From positions 1,480,415-1,544,414 of the forward strand of contig OZ251530.1 in NCBI GenBank assembly GCA_965243095.1: DNA of 64,000 nucleotides, written 5' to 3'. This DNA is from Candidatus Azotimanducaceae bacterium (GTDB lineage Bacteria > Pseudomonadota > Gammaproteobacteria > Pseudomonadales > Azotimanducaceae). The translations under genes and the position numbers were made by a program. Positions 38,548 to 49,345 of the stretch are shown in pieces. Position 1 is the first letter of the stretch. Each line of letters opens with the position of its first letter. A model generated the notes under the pieces. The model ran no database searches, was not told the DNA's origin, and saw nothing but the letters and a program-made list of their open reading frames with translations.

Positions 38548-39174
38548 TTGCCTATCAAGAGAGCAAACGCCAAAGTCGGCGGCGAACGCGCCGTGCTGAA
38601 CGACGACATCACGGCTTTCCGGGTGCGTCTGATCGGCGCGGACGGTGCCCAAGTGGGCATCGTGCCACGCGAGACCGCGCTCAGCGAGGCGCAAAGCAAG
38701 AGCATGGATCTAGTGCTCATCGCGCCCGATGCGGAGCCGCCGGTGGTCAAGGTGATGGACTACGGCAAACACGTCTTCGACAAGAAGAAGGCCAAAGCCG
38801 CGCAGCGCAAGCGGCAGAAACAGATTCACGTGAAGGAAGTGAAGTTTCGTCCAAGCACCGAAGAGCGCGACTACCAAGTGAAACTGCGCAACCTGACGCG
38901 GTTTCTCGAGGAAGGCGACAAGGCCAAGGTGAGCCTGCGCTTCAAGGGCGGCGAGATGCGCCACCCGGAACGCGGCGTGGACTTGCTGAAACGCGTCGAG
39001 CAAGACTTGGACGAGCTGGCCAGCATCGAAACCGCCCCCCGCTTTGAGGGCCGGCAAATGACGATGGTGCTGGCGCCCAAGAGGAGGCGCAAACAACGCG
39101 CCCAAAGCGAGGCGCCAGGCGCAAAAGCCGAGGCCAACAACGAAACGGACAACGCCGGCGGAAACGCCGGCTAG
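38548..39174 (+). CDS. infC: translation initiation factor IF-3
   Basis: [58 protein letters not shown]... matches IF-3 throughout. No ATG start is available; the candidates are TTG 38548 and ATC 38554 after AAGGAG (38541-38546). Confidence 0.9.
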   Translation: MPIKRANAKVGGERAVLNDDITAFRVRLIGADGAQVGIVPRETALSEAQSKSMDLVLIAPDAEPPVVKVMDYGKHVFDKKKAKAAQRKRQKQIHVKEVKFRPSTEERDYQVKLRNLTRFLEEGDKAKVSLRFKGGEMRHPERGVDLLKRVEQDLDELASIETAPRFEGRQMTMVLAPKRRRKQRAQSEAPGAKAEANNETDNAGGNAG

Positions 39175-39280
39175 ACCGCGGGCGAGACAGCCCGCTTAGA
39201 ACGTGGCAAAGCGCCCACCAAAACAAGTGCGCCAAGGCCGGGCTGAGCCTTGGCGCAACGCAAAACGCCAGGAGAAAATC

Positions 39281-39481
39281 ATGCCGAAGATGAAAACCAA
39301 CCGCGGCGCGGCGAAGCGATTCCGCCGCACCGCCAAGGGGTTCAAACACAAGCGCTCCAACAAGAGCCACATCCTCACCAAGATGGCACCCAAGCGCAAA
39401 CGGCGCCTCAAGGGGTTCAAGTCGCTTTCCGCGGCGGATGTGGCGGCGGTCAAGCAGATGGTGCCGAAGAAGGCGCGGTAG
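39281..39481 (+). CDS. rpmI: 50S ribosomal protein L35
   Basis: [39 protein letters not shown] lies 6 nt upstream. Confidence 0.95.
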   Translation: MPKMKTNRGAAKRFRRTAKGFKHKRSNKSHILTKMAPKRKRRLKGFKSLSAADVAAVKQMVPKKAR

Positions 39482-39567
39482 TCGGGCCTTCGCTTTGAAT
39501 CGAGGCATAGCCTCGCCAACGCTTGATCATCACGCCGGCGCAAGCGCCGGCGACAAAGGAGCGAAAC

Positions 39568-39978
39568 ATGCCAAGGGCAAAGAACAGCGTCGCCACGCGG
39601 CGGCGCCGCAAGAAGGTCTTGAAGGCGGCGAAGGGCTACTACGGTGCCCGCAGCCGTTCCTTCAAGGTCGCCAAACAGGCGGTCATCAAGGCCGGGCAGT
39701 ACGCCTACCGGGACCGGCGCCAACGCAAGCGCCAATTCCGCGCCTTGTGGATTTTGCGCATCAACGCCGAGGCGCGCATGCACGGCCTTTCCTACAGCCG
39801 CTTCATGGCCGGCTTGAAGAAGGCCGACGTGTTGGTGGACCGGCGTGTGCTGGCGCACCTCGCGCTGAAGGAGAAGACCGCGTTCGCGGCGCTGGTGGCG
39901 AAAGCCAAGGCCGCGCTCGAACAGGCGGCGGCCGAACGGGAAGGCACCACCGGCGAACCGGCCGGCTCGCCGGCCTGA
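39568..39978 (+). CDS. rplT: 50S ribosomal protein L20
   Basis: [67 protein letters not shown]. Confidence 0.95.
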   Translation: MPRAKNSVATRRRRKKVLKAAKGYYGARSRSFKVAKQAVIKAGQYAYRDRRQRKRQFRALWILRINAEARMHGLSYSRFMAGLKKADVLVDRRVLAHLALKEKTAFAALVAKAKAALEQAAAEREGTTGEPAGSPA

Positions 39979-39990
39979 CCGCCGGCGGCG

Positions 39991-41043
39991 ATGAGCGCGG
40001 ACGGGGCGCGCCCCGAAACCATCGCGGACGCGACGGCGCGCATCGAGCAAGAGTGCCTCTTGGCGGTGGCCGAGGCGGCGGACGAACGCGCCGTGGACGC
40101 CGTGCGCGTTCGCTATCTCGGCAAGAAGGGCGAGATCACCGCCCTGCTCAAGGGCTTGCGGGAGGTGGCGGCGGAACAGCGGCCCGCAGCCGGGGCGCAT
40201 GTGAACGCGCTCAAGCAACGGCTGCAAGGCGCGGTTGAGGCGAAGCTGGCCGACATCCGCGCCGAGACATTGCGCCAAACGCTGGCCGCGGACGCCGTGG
40301 ATGTCACCTTGCCCGGGCGCCGTCGGCCGGGCGGCAGCCTGCATCCCGTCACGCAAACCTCCCGTCGCATCGCCGAGATCTTCGTCGCCGCCGGCTACGA
40401 GGTGGTGTCCGGCCCGGAGATCGAGGACGACTACCACAACTTCCAAGCGCTGAACATCGCCGCCGATCACCCCGCCCGCGCCATGCACGACACCCTGTAC
40501 TTGGACAACGGCCTGCTGCTGCGCACGCACACCTCGCCGGTGCAGATCCGCGTGCTGGAGGAGCGCCCGCCGCCCATCCGCGTGATCTGCCCGGGCCGCG
40601 TGTACCGCAAGGACGACATGGACGCCAGCCACAGCCCGATGTTCCACCAAGTCGAGGGCCTGGTGGTGGACGAGGGCATCGCCTTCGCGGACTTGAAAGG
40701 CACCGTGGTGGAGTTCGTGCGGCGCTTCTTCGAGCGCGATTTGGCGGTGCGGTTCCGCCCGTCGTACTTCCCCTTCACCGAGCCATCCGCCGAGGTGGAC
40801 GTGCAATGCGTCCACTGCGCCGGCGACGGCTGCCAGGCTTGCGGCCGCTCCGGCTGGACCGAGGTGATGGGCTGCGGCATGGTGCATCCGAACGTGCTGC
40901 AAATGGTGGATGTGGACACCGAGCGGTTCACCGGCTTCGCTTTCGGCTTCGGCGTGGATCGCTTCGCCACGTTGTTCTTCGCCATTGACGACATGCGCCT
41001 GCTGTTCGAGAACGACCTGCGCTTCCTCGGCCAATTCGCGTGA
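39991..41043 (+). CDS. pheS: phenylalanine--tRNA ligase alpha subunit
   Basis: Class II aaRS motifs ([37 protein letters not shown]). Canonical position after rplT. Confidence 0.95.
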   Translation: MSADGARPETIADATARIEQECLLAVAEAADERAVDAVRVRYLGKKGEITALLKGLREVAAEQRPAAGAHVNALKQRLQGAVEAKLADIRAETLRQTLAADAVDVTLPGRRRPGGSLHPVTQTSRRIAEIFVAAGYEVVSGPEIEDDYHNFQALNIAADHPARAMHDTLYLDNGLLLRTHTSPVQIRVLEERPPPIRVICPGRVYRKDDMDASHSPMFHQVEGLVVDEGIAFADLKGTVVEFVRRFFERDLAVRFRPSYFPFTEPSAEVDVQCVHCAGDGCQACGRSGWTEVMGCGMVHPNVLQMVDVDTERFTGFAFGFGVDRFATLFFAIDDMRLLFENDLRFLGQFA

Positions 41044-41050
41044 GGCCGGC

Positions 41051-43489
41051 ATGAAATTCAGCGCCTCTTGGCTGCGGCAGTGGCTGCCGGGGGACGTGCC
41101 GGTCGAGCAAATGTGCGAGCAGCTCACCAACGCCGGCTTGGAAGTGGATGGCGTGGAGGTGGTGGCGCCCGCGTTCTCCGGCGTCGTGGTTGCGGAAGTG
41201 CGCGCGGTGCGCCCGCATCCGAACGCGGACAGGCTCTCGGTGTGCGACGTGGATGGCGGCGGCGAATCCGTTGAGGTGGTTTGCGGTGCGCCGAACGTGC
41301 GCCCGGGCCTGAAAACCGCGCTCGCCACCGTTGGGGCGAGACTGCCCGACGGCCCGGTGCGGGCCGCGAAACTGCGCGGCGTGATTTCGCGGGGAATGTT
41401 GTGCAGCGCCGCCGAACTGGGCCTCGGCACCGATCACGACGGCATCATGGAACTGGGCGACGCGCTTTTCGAGCGAACGCCGCGCCAGCTAGAGCCCGGC
41501 GCGAACTTGCGCGATGCGCTGCGCTTGGACGACGTCTGCGTCAACGTGGATCTCACCCCCAACCGCGGCGACTGCCTGAGCCTCCGCGGGCTGGCCCGCG
41601 AACTGGCGCTGTTGAACGATGTCGCGGCGGTGCCACCGAAGTGGCAAAAGGCGGCGTCCGACAGCGAGGCGGTTTTTCCCGTGCGCGTGGACAACCCCGT
41701 TGCCTGCCCGCGCTATCTCGGCCGCGTCATCGAGGACGTGGACCTCTCGCGTCCCACCCCGTTGTGGTTGCGCGAACGCCTGCGCCGCTCGGGGTTGCGC
41801 TCCATCGACCCGGCGGTGGACGTGACCAACTACGTGCTGCTCGAACTCGGTCAACCGATGCATGCCTTCGACCGCGACCAGCTGCAGGAAGGCATCGTGG
41901 TGCGCGACGCCGCCGCTGGCGAGACGCTCACCCTGCTCGATGGCCGCGAATTGCGCTTTGCCGACGACGCGCCGCTGCTCATCACGGATGGCGGCGGGCC
42001 GGTCGCTCTCGCCGGCGTGATGGGGGGCACTCGCAGCGGCGTCACCGCGCAGACGCGCAACCTGTTCTTGGAGTGTGCCTTCTTTTCGCCGCCGGCGGTG
42101 GCCGCCGCGGCCCGACGCTACGGCCTGCGCACGGACGCCTCGCATCGCTACGAGCGCGGCGTGGATTTTGCGCTGCCGTTCGACGCCATCGAACGCGCCA
42201 CACAGCTGCTGTTGGACATCGCAGGCGGACGCGCCGGCCCGGTTTCCGGCCCCACAAGCGACGAGGATCTGCCGCGCCGGGGCCGAATCCAGCTTCGCAA
42301 AGCGCGGTTGGACGCCTTGGTCGGCGAGGAATTGCCGCCCCAGCGCATCCAGCAGATCTTCGAGCGACTTGCGCTCGCGCCGTCGGTCAATGGCGAAGGC
42401 GCTGGCCGCGTCTGGACGGTCACCCCGCCGAGCCATCGTTTCGATCTGGCCATTGAGGAGGATTTGGTGGAAGAAGTGCTGCGCGTCCACGGCTACAACG
42501 CCGTCGCCAGCCGTCTTCCCCCGGCGCCCGTCCCCCTCGGCCGCGTCTCCGCCGAACAGCTGGCGCAGGAGCGGTTGGCGGACTTGCTGGTTGATCTCGG
42601 CTACAGCGAAGCGATCACCTACAGCTTCGTCGCCTCGGACAAGATGGCGGCGCTGGCGCCAAACGCCACTCCCCTCCGCGTCCGCAATCCGGTTTCCAGC
42701 GACCACGCCGTGATGCGCACGAACCTCCTGCCCGGCCTCTTGGACGCCCTCGGCAACAATCTGGCCCGGCAAGCGCGGCGTGTGCGCTTGTTCGAGATCG
42801 GCCAGTGTTTTCCGGGCGAACCTGCGAACGATGGCGATGCTCAGGCAGGCGAACGCACCGCCCCACCGCCGCAGCGGGTGCTGTGCGGCGGTGTGCTGTT
42901 CGGCGCCCGCGAAGAACACAGCTGGGCGCACGACGGTACTGCCACGGACTTCTTTGACGCCAAAGGCGATGTGGAGCGCCTGCTGGCCTTGGGCGGCGGC
43001 GATGTCGCGTTCGAGCCAACCGCAGACCCGGTGCTGCACCCGGGCCAAGCGGCCGCGGTGCGCGTGGGCACGGTTCACGTCGGCCGCGTCGGCCGCCTGC
43101 ATCCGCGTTTGGAGGCGGAGTTGGCGCTGCCGCCCGGCGTCTTCGTGTTCGAATTGCGCTTGGAAGCCGCGCTCGCCCTGCGCCCCCGCCGCCACGGCAT
43201 CGTGTCGCGGCAACCCGCGGTGCGGCGCGACCTCGCGCTGGTGTTGGCGAAGGACGTTCCGGCGGTGCGACTCGAATCCGTGGCGCGCAACACGCTGGGC
43301 GATGCCTTGACCCGCTTCGAGTTGTTCGACCTCTACACCGGCGAAGGCGTAGCCAACAACGAGAAGAGCGTCGCCGTCGGCTTGACCTTGCAGCATCCAT
43401 CGCGCACCCTTGCGGCGACCGACATCGATCGGCTCCTGCGCGGCGTGCTCGACGCCTACGCAAACGAGCTCGGCGCGCGCCTGCGCTGA
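41051..43489 (+). CDS. pheT: phenylalanine--tRNA ligase beta subunit
   Basis: [14 protein letters not shown]-terminus, tRNA-binding domain, B3/4 and B5 domains, and a C-terminal FDX-ACB domain. Confidence 0.95.
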   Translation: MKFSASWLRQWLPGDVPVEQMCEQLTNAGLEVDGVEVVAPAFSGVVVAEVRAVRPHPNADRLSVCDVDGGGESVEVVCGAPNVRPGLKTALATVGARLPDGPVRAAKLRGVISRGMLCSAAELGLGTDHDGIMELGDALFERTPRQLEPGANLRDALRLDDVCVNVDLTPNRGDCLSLRGLARELALLNDVAAVPPKWQKAASDSEAVFPVRVDNPVACPRYLGRVIEDVDLSRPTPLWLRERLRRSGLRSIDPAVDVTNYVLLELGQPMHAFDRDQLQEGIVVRDAAAGETLTLLDGRELRFADDAPLLITDGGGPVALAGVMGGTRSGVTAQTRNLFLECAFFSPPAVAAAARRYGLRTDASHRYERGVDFALPFDAIERATQLLLDIAGGRAGPVSGPTSDEDLPRRGRIQLRKARLDALVGEELPPQRIQQIFERLALAPSVNGEGAGRVWTVTPPSHRFDLAIEEDLVEEVLRVHGYNAVASRLPPAPVPLGRVSAEQLAQERLADLLVDLGYSEAITYSFVASDKMAALAPNATPLRVRNPVSSDHAVMRTNLLPGLLDALGNNLARQARRVRLFEIGQCFPGEPANDGDAQAGERTAPPPQRVLCGGVLFGAREEHSWAHDGTATDFFDAKGDVERLLALGGGDVAFEPTADPVLHPGQAAAVRVGTVHVGRVGRLHPRLEAELALPPGVFVFELRLEAALALRPRRHGIVSRQPAVRRDLALVLAKDVPAVRLESVARNTLGDALTRFELFDLYTGEGVANNEKSVAVGLTLQHPSRTLAATDIDRLLRGVLDAYANELGARLR

Positions 43490-43496
43490 CCGGTCG

Positions 43497-43835
43497 ATGC
43501 TGTGTGACGGAGGGCGGGTTTTGAGCGCATTGTCGAAAGCCCGAATGGCGGAGGCGCTTTGCGACGAGCTGGGTTTCAGCCGCCGCGAGGCCAAGGACAT
43601 CGTGGAGTCCTTCTTCGAGGAGATCAGCGTTTGCCTAACCCGCGGCGAAGCCGTCAAGTTGTCCGGCTTCGGCAACTTCGAACCCCGCGACAAGCCCCCG
43701 CGCCCGGGCCGCAACCCCCGAACGGGCGAGGACGTGCCCATCAAGGCGCGGCGCGTGGTGACCTTCCGCGCCAGCAAAAAACTGCGCACACACGTGGACA
43801 CGGGCGAGTTCCCGGACGCGCCTGAGCGGCGATGA
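43497..43835 (+). CDS. ihfA: integration host factor subunit alpha
   Basis: [32 protein letters not shown]...[39 protein letters not shown]. The start is ATG 43497 or TTG 43521. Confidence 0.9.
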   Translation: MLCDGGRVLSALSKARMAEALCDELGFSRREAKDIVESFFEEISVCLTRGEAVKLSGFGNFEPRDKPPRPGRNPRTGEDVPIKARRVVTFRASKKLRTHVDTGEFPDAPERR

Positions 43836-43858
43836 ACAGCGTTTACTGAGGCGAAACA

Positions 43859-45094
43859 TTGAGAATCGCGATACTTGGGGGCGACGGCTTCGTTGGCTGG
43901 CCGACCACCCTGCATCTCTCCAGCATTGGCCACGAGGTGGCCATCGTGGACAACCTGAGCCGGCGCTGGATAGACGCCGAGCTGGGCGTGCAATCCCTCA
44001 CGCCCATGGACTCCATTCAAGAACGCCTCCGCATCTGGAAGGACGTGAGCGGCGCCACCCTCGCCTTCGAGCACATCGACGTCGCGGGCGAATACGAGCG
44101 CTTCAAGGCGTGGCTGGCCGATTGGCGTCCGCAAGCGGTGATCCATTTCGCCGAGCAGCGGGCGGCGCCATATTCGATGAAAAGCGACCGCCACAAAACC
44201 TACACCGTCCACAACAACGTCAACGCCACGCACAACCTGCTGAACGCGCTGGTGGCGACGGACACCGACGCCCACGTCGTACATCTCGGCACGATGGGGG
44301 TGTACGGCTACGCCACCGCCGGCGCGTCCATTCCGGAAGGCTACTTGACGGTGGACGTGGCGTTGGACGATGGCGGCAAGGCGGCGCGGGAGATTCTCCA
44401 CCCCACGGACGCCGGCAGCATCTATCACATGACGAAGTGCTTGGATCAACTGCTGTTTCAGTTCTACGCCAAGAACGACGGCCTGCGCATAACGGACTTG
44501 CACCAGGGCGTGGTTTGGGGCACGCACACCGCGCAAACCCGCCGCCACGAGCAACTGGTCAACCGCTTCGACTACGACGGCGACTACGGCACCGTGCTGA
44601 ATCGGTTTCTGATCCAAGCGGCGCTGCAGCATCCGCTCACGGTGCATGGCGTGGGCGGACAGAAACGCGCGTTCATCCACATTCAGGACTCCGTGCGCTG
44701 CGTGGAGCTCGCGCTCACGGACCTGCCGGCGGCCGGGGAGAAGCCGAAGATCTTCAACCAAATGACGGAAGTGCATCGCGTGCGCGACTTGGCGGAGTTG
44801 GTGAGCTCCCTCACCGGCGCGGAGATCGCGTTCCTGCCGAATCCGCGCAAGGAAGCGCCGGAGAACGAACTCTCGGTGCGCAATGACCAGTTCCTCGCCT
44901 TGGGCTTGGAACCCACGAAGCTGCGCGACGGACTGCTCACCGAACTGGTGGACGTGGCGCGCAAGTTCATCCACCGGGTGGACCGCTCGCGCATCCCCAG
45001 CACGTCGGCTTGGACGCGCGCCATCGCCGGTTCGCTGGTGACGGATGTGGAGCAGGGCCGCGCCTCGGCGCGGCAAAGCAACGGCGGGCGCTAG
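43859..45094 (+). CDS. sqdB: UDP-sulfoquinovose synthase
   Basis: Close to plant SQD1 along its length: ILGGDGFVGWPTTLHLS, VDNLSRRWIDAELGVQSLTPMDSIQERLRIW, HFAEQRAAPYSM, LGTMGVYGY, YHMTKCLD, TDLHQGVVWG. TTG start. Confidence 0.85.
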   Translation: MRIAILGGDGFVGWPTTLHLSSIGHEVAIVDNLSRRWIDAELGVQSLTPMDSIQERLRIWKDVSGATLAFEHIDVAGEYERFKAWLADWRPQAVIHFAEQRAAPYSMKSDRHKTYTVHNNVNATHNLLNALVATDTDAHVVHLGTMGVYGYATAGASIPEGYLTVDVALDDGGKAAREILHPTDAGSIYHMTKCLDQLLFQFYAKNDGLRITDLHQGVVWGTHTAQTRRHEQLVNRFDYDGDYGTVLNRFLIQAALQHPLTVHGVGGQKRAFIHIQDSVRCVELALTDLPAAGEKPKIFNQMTEVHRVRDLAELVSSLTGAEIAFLPNPRKEAPENELSVRNDQFLALGLEPTKLRDGLLTELVDVARKFIHRVDRSRIPSTSAWTRAIAGSLVTDVEQGRASARQSNGGR

Positions 45095-45150
45095 AAGCCT
45101 GGCTTTGGCGGTTTCGCCAATGCCTCCGCGTGTCCACGGCTTCCACACCA

Positions 45151-45942
45151 ATGGCGCAGTTCGCCTACGCAACGCTGGTCACCGGGCCGGACTACGCCAT
45201 CGGCGCGCTCGCCTTGGCGCGTTCGCTGCGCGCCGTGGGCAGCGAGTGGCCGCTGGTGGTGCTGTGTACCGCGGCCGCCGGCGAACTCGAAGAGCTCCGC
45301 GCCGCTGGCTGCCTAATCCGCCGGGTGGAACCGCCACCGCTTTCGCCGGGTTTCCTCGAACGCCACGAACGGGCGGCACTGCATCGCCGAGCGCCGTTCG
45401 ACAAGGGCGGCAAGCCGAGTTTTCATGTGCCGGTGGAGAACTTTTGCAAACTGGAGGTGTGGCGGCTGGTGGAATATCAGCGCGTCGTCTTTCTGGACGC
45501 CGACACGCTGGTGCTGCAGAACATCGACAAGCTGTTCGGCTATCCGCAGTTCAGCGCCGCGCCCAATTTGTACGAATCCCTGGCGGACATGCATCGGCTC
45601 AATTCCGGGGTCTTCGTGGCCGCGCCCTCGCAGGCCACTTGGCGCGCCATGCTGGAACGCTTGGACGCGCCGGACGCCTTTTGGCGACGCACCGACCAAA
45701 CTTTCCTAGAGCATTACTTCCCGGATTGGCACGGCCTGCCCTACACCTTCAACGCGCTGCAATACCTGTATTTCAATCTGCCCGCGCTGTGGCGTTGGTC
45801 GAGCATCAAGGTGGTGCATTACCAGTACGAGAAACCGTGGACGCCGAACCACGCGAAAGCCCACCTGCTGCGCCCGTTGATCGAGCTGTGGCAGACGGTT
45901 CTGCGCGACGGCGTCATTCCCGCGGACCTGCCGGCCCCGTGA
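45151..45942 (+). CDS. sqdD: glycosyltransferase family 8 (glycogenin-like; SqdD-like)
   Basis: FAYATLVTGPDYAIGALALARSL..., the DxD region VVFLDADTLVLQNIDKLF, and NSGVFV. It sits directly after sqdB, as in the Rhodobacter sqd operon. Confidence 0.7.
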   Translation: MAQFAYATLVTGPDYAIGALALARSLRAVGSEWPLVVLCTAAAGELEELRAAGCLIRRVEPPPLSPGFLERHERAALHRRAPFDKGGKPSFHVPVENFCKLEVWRLVEYQRVVFLDADTLVLQNIDKLFGYPQFSAAPNLYESLADMHRLNSGVFVAAPSQATWRAMLERLDAPDAFWRRTDQTFLEHYFPDWHGLPYTFNALQYLYFNLPALWRWSSIKVVHYQYEKPWTPNHAKAHLLRPLIELWQTVLRDGVIPADLPAP

Positions 45943-45949
45943 GCGGGCG

Positions 45950-46876
45950 ATGAAGGTCGCCGTCACCGGCGCGTCCGGTCTGGTGGGCGGGTTCGTCGTG
46001 CGGCGTCTTCTGGCGGAAGGCGCAAGCGTGCGGGCGCTGACGCGCACGTCCGGCCTCAGCGCTTTTCCAACCGTGGATTGCGTTCGCGGCGACATCGCCG
46101 ACGCGCAAGCGGTGGACACCTTGCTGGCGGGCATGGACGCGGTGGTGCATTGCGCCTATCAGCACGCGCCGGGCAAATACCGCGGCGGCGAAGGCGACGA
46201 CCGATTCGCCTATTGGCGCGCGAATCTGCTCGCCGGCGTGGCTCTGATGGAACGGGCGCGGCAAGCATCGGTTCCGCGCTTGGTGCTGCTCTCCAGCCGG
46301 GCGGTGTTCGGCCGCGCATCCCCGGAGCGAGACCATGTGACCGACACGAGCCTGCCCGTGCCGGACACCCCCTACGGCGCCATGAAACTCGCGTTGGAAG
46401 CCCACGCGGCCGCGTTCAGCGCCGCGGACTACGTTTGCTACGCCAGCCTGCGCCCCACCGGCGTGTACGGGCTGGCGCGCCCGGTCGAACGCAGCAAGTG
46501 GTTCGACATCGCCCAGCTAGTGCGCCGCCCGGAGTTCGACGTGGCCGACCTGCCGCCACCGCGGCGTGCCACCGAAGTGCATGGCGCGGACGTGGCGGAC
46601 GCCGTTTGGCGCTTGCTCACCGCACCGGCCGACCGCGTCGCCGGCCGCGCCTTCAACTGTTCGGACCTCGTGGTGGACAACCGCGACGTCATCGCCGGAC
46701 TGGCCGCCCGCGCCGGCGTACGGCTTTCGTTGCCGCCGCCAGCGACCAATCCGCTACGCCAGCAAATGCGCTGCCCAGGTCTCACCGCCTTGGGTTGGCG
46801 CCCGGGCGGCCAGCCGTTGTTCGTGGCGACACTCGATGCGCTCGCCGCGGCGGCAGAACGAAGTTCGAGTACGTGA
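45950..46876 (+). CDS. NAD-dependent epimerase/dehydratase family protein (SqdC-like position)
   Basis: The Rossmann motif is MKVAVTGASGLVGGFVVRRLL and the catalytic YxxxK-like motif is PYGAMKLALE. It follows the GT8 gene by 7 nt. Confidence 0.7.
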   Translation: MKVAVTGASGLVGGFVVRRLLAEGASVRALTRTSGLSAFPTVDCVRGDIADAQAVDTLLAGMDAVVHCAYQHAPGKYRGGEGDDRFAYWRANLLAGVALMERARQASVPRLVLLSSRAVFGRASPERDHVTDTSLPVPDTPYGAMKLALEAHAAAFSAADYVCYASLRPTGVYGLARPVERSKWFDIAQLVRRPEFDVADLPPPRRATEVHGADVADAVWRLLTAPADRVAGRAFNCSDLVVDNRDVIAGLAARAGVRLSLPPPATNPLRQQMRCPGLTALGWRPGGQPLFVATLDALAAAAERSSST

Positions 46877-46932
46877 GAAGACGTGAGAAGCGTCACAGAC
46901 GCCTATAATGACGCGCCATCTTCGCTAGATTT

Positions 46933-47532
46933 GTGCGGCGGGCCGCGGCCGTGATCCTCGTTATCGACAACTACGATTCGTTCACCTACAACGTGGTGCA
47001 GTACCTCGGCGAACTGGGGGCGACGGATTTGCAGGTGCGGCGCAACGACGAGGTGACGCTGGCGGATATCGAACGCATGGCGCCGGAGAAGATCGTCATC
47101 TCGCCAGGGCCCTGCACCCCGAACGAGGCCGGCGTCTCCGTGGCCGTGGTGGAGCGCTTCGGGGCGCGGCTGCCCATCCTTGGCATCTGCCTTGGGCATC
47201 AGAGCATCGGGCAAGCCTACGGTGCCGCCGTGCGCCGTGCTCGCGAGGTGATGCACGGCAAGATCAGCCGCATCCACCACGCCGGGCGCGGCGTGTTTCG
47301 CGGCCTGCCAACCGCGTTCAACGCCACGCGCTACCATTCGCTGATCGTTGACGATGTGCCGGACTGCTTGGAAGTTACGGCGTGGACGGCGAACGGCGAC
47401 GACGAACGGGATGAAGTGATGGGCCTTAGACATCGCCAACACCCGGTGCAGGGTGTGCAGTTCCATCCCGAATCCATCAAGACGCCGGACGGCCATCAAC
47501 TGCTCGGCAACTTCCTGCGCGGGGAGCACTGA
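46933..47532 (+). CDS. trpG: anthranilate synthase component II / aminodeoxychorismate synthase glutamine amidotransferase
   Basis: [33 protein letters not shown] and QFHPESI. GTG start. Confidence 0.9.
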   Translation: MRRAAAVILVIDNYDSFTYNVVQYLGELGATDLQVRRNDEVTLADIERMAPEKIVISPGPCTPNEAGVSVAVVERFGARLPILGICLGHQSIGQAYGAAVRRAREVMHGKISRIHHAGRGVFRGLPTAFNATRYHSLIVDDVPDCLEVTAWTANGDDERDEVMGLRHRQHPVQGVQFHPESIKTPDGHQLLGNFLRGEH

Positions 47533-48566
47533 TGATGTCGATCACCGACGCCATTGCCGCCTTGTGCGGCGGCGCGAGCCTTACCCAAGACGACGCCAAG
47601 GCGTTGTTCGACGCCATCATGCGCGGCGATGCCACGCCGGCGCAGATCGCCGCGGTGCTGGTGGGGCTGAAGGCCAAGGGCGAGACGGTGGACGAAATCG
47701 CCGGCGCCGCCCTCGCCATGCGCGCCGCGTCCACCAAGGTGGCCGTGGACGCGCCGCACTTGGTGGACACCTGCGGCACCGGCGGCAGCGGCGGCGCGAA
47801 GCGCTTCAACATCTCCACCGCGGCGGCCATCGTGGCCGCGGCGGCGGGCGGCGCGGTGGCCAAGCACGGCAACCGCGCCATGTCCAGCGCCAGCGGCAGC
47901 GCGGACGTGCTGGAGGCGGCTGGTGTGGAGCTACAGCTTTCGCCGGAGCAGGTGGGCCGCTGCATCGCCGAAGTGGGCGTGGGTTTTCTGTTCGCGCCGA
48001 GCCATCATCCGGCCATGCGCCACGCTGGGCCGGTGCGCCGCGAGCTCGGCGTCGGCACCGTGTTCAACCTGCTCGGCCCGCTCACCAATCCGGCTGGCGC
48101 GCGGCGGCAGGTGCTCGGCGTGTTCGCGGCGGAGTGGCAACGGCCGCTAGCGGAGGCGGCGCGGGCCTTGGGCGCCGAGCGTGTGCTGGTGGTTCACGCC
48201 GATGGGTTGGACGAACTCGCCATCGACGTGCCTTCGCGGATCGTGGAAGTGGGCGCGGCGGGCATCGACAGCTACGAGATCGCGCCGACGGATGTGGGCT
48301 TGCGCGAGCGTGGTATGGAAGGACTGCGCGCGGCGACGCCGGCCGAGAGCTTGGCGTTGGTGAACGGCGCTTTGGATGGCAGCGTGGCCGCGGCGGCGGA
48401 CGTGGTGGCGCTGAACGCCGGGGCGGCGTTGTACGCGGCGGGCGTTAGCGAAACCCTTGCGGCGGGCGTGGCTTCGGCGCGGGAGGCCATCGGCAGCGGG
48501 CGCGCCAGCGAGAAGCTCGCCGAGCTGGTTGCGTGGACCCGCGCTGCTGCTGCGGAGGCGCCGTGA
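47532..48566 (+). CDS. trpD: anthranilate phosphoribosyltransferase
   Basis: VDTCGTGGSGGAKRFNISTAAAIVAAAAG, KHGNRAMSSASGSADVLEA and FNLLGPLTNPA. Confidence 0.95.
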   Translation: MMSITDAIAALCGGASLTQDDAKALFDAIMRGDATPAQIAAVLVGLKAKGETVDEIAGAALAMRAASTKVAVDAPHLVDTCGTGGSGGAKRFNISTAAAIVAAAAGGAVAKHGNRAMSSASGSADVLEAAGVELQLSPEQVGRCIAEVGVGFLFAPSHHPAMRHAGPVRRELGVGTVFNLLGPLTNPAGARRQVLGVFAAEWQRPLAEAARALGAERVLVVHADGLDELAIDVPSRIVEVGAAGIDSYEIAPTDVGLRERGMEGLRAATPAESLALVNGALDGSVAAAADVVALNAGAALYAAGVSETLAAGVASAREAIGSGRASEKLAELVAWTRAAAAEAP

Positions 48567-49345
48567 GCGGCGGGGTGCTGGCGCGGATCATCGAGCACAA
48601 ACGCGCGGAAGTGGCGGCCCGGCGTAAGGCGCGGCCGTTGGCGGCGATACGCGAACAGGCCGAATGTGCGCCGCCGGTGCGCGGTTTCCACGCGGCGCTC
48701 ACGCGGCATCGGCCAGCGGTGATCGCCGAGCTTAAGAAGGCGTCGCCAAGCGCCGGGGTGATCCGCACGGACTTCCAGCCGGTTGCCATCGCCGAGTCCT
48801 ACGCACGCGCCGGCGCGGCCTGCCTCTCCGTGCTCACCGACGAGCGCTTCTTTCACGGGGCGGACGCGCATCTGGCCGAGGCCAAAAGCGCGTGCGGGCT
48901 GCCGGTGCTGCGCAAGGATTTCGTCGTCGACGCCTATCAGCTCTTTGAGGCGCGGGCGTTGGGGGCGGATTGCGTTCTGCTCATGGCGTCCGTGTTGGAG
49001 CGCGAGCAGCTTGCGGACTTCGCCGGCGTGGCGGCGGCACTTGGCTTGGACGTGCTGTTCGAGGTTCACGATCGGGCGGAATTGGACACGGTGCTGTCCC
49101 TGCAACCAGCGCTCGTCGGGGTGAACAGCCGCGATCTGCGCACGTTCGAGACGTGCTTGGACACCACCATCCGCCTGCGCGAACACATACCGCCGGACGT
49201 CACGGTGGTGGCGGAAAGCGGTATCCACAGCCGCGCCGACATTCAGCGTTTGCGCGCGGCCGATGTGCATGCGTTCCTAGTGGGCACGGCGTTCATGCGC
49301 CAAGCCGACCCGGGCCGCGCCCTCCGCGAGATCATCGCGCCATGA
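48563..49345 (+). CDS. trpC: indole-3-glycerol phosphate synthase
   Basis: VLARIIEHKRAEV, VIAELKKASPSAG, LSVLTDERFF, LRKDFVVD and GVNSRDLRTF. The GTG start overlaps the trpD stop (GTGA). Confidence 0.95.
   Translation: MSGGVLARIIEHKRAEVAARRKARPLAAIREQAECAPPVRGFHAALTRHRPAVIAELKKASPSAGVIRTDFQPVAIAESYARAGAACLSVLTDERFFHGADAHLAEAKSACGLPVLRKDFVVDAYQLFEARALGADCVLLMASVLEREQLADFAGVAAALGLDVLFEVHDRAELDTVLSLQPALVGVNSRDLRTFETCLDTTIRLREHIPPDVTVVAESGIHSRADIQRLRAADVHAFLVGTAFMRQADPGRALREIIAP

Noticed and set aside
39176-39280. Hairpins between infC and rpmI (GCGGGCGAGACAGCCCGC near 39180; GCGCCAAGG-N9-CCTTGGCGC near 39228-39256), possibly an L20-responsive leader.
   Set aside because: The idea is plausible from the known L20 autoregulation of rpmI-rplT. 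I cannot verify the pseudoknot or L20-binding mimic by eye, so it is not listed as a feature.
41489-45172. 1227-aa minus-strand ORF spanning pheT, ihfA and sqdB in antisense.
   Set aside because: It crosses three well-supported plus-strand genes and their intergenic regions, and its composition is Arg/Ala/Gly-rich. It is an open frame caused by the lack of AT-rich stop codons.
46871-46909. Tandem 10-bp direct repeat ACGTGAGAAG x2 followed by TATAAT (46904-46909) upstream of trpG.
   Set aside because: The -10 hexamer is good, but no convincing -35 sits at 17-nt spacing. The repeat could be chance or a regulator site. The evidence is too weak to call a promoter or attenuator.
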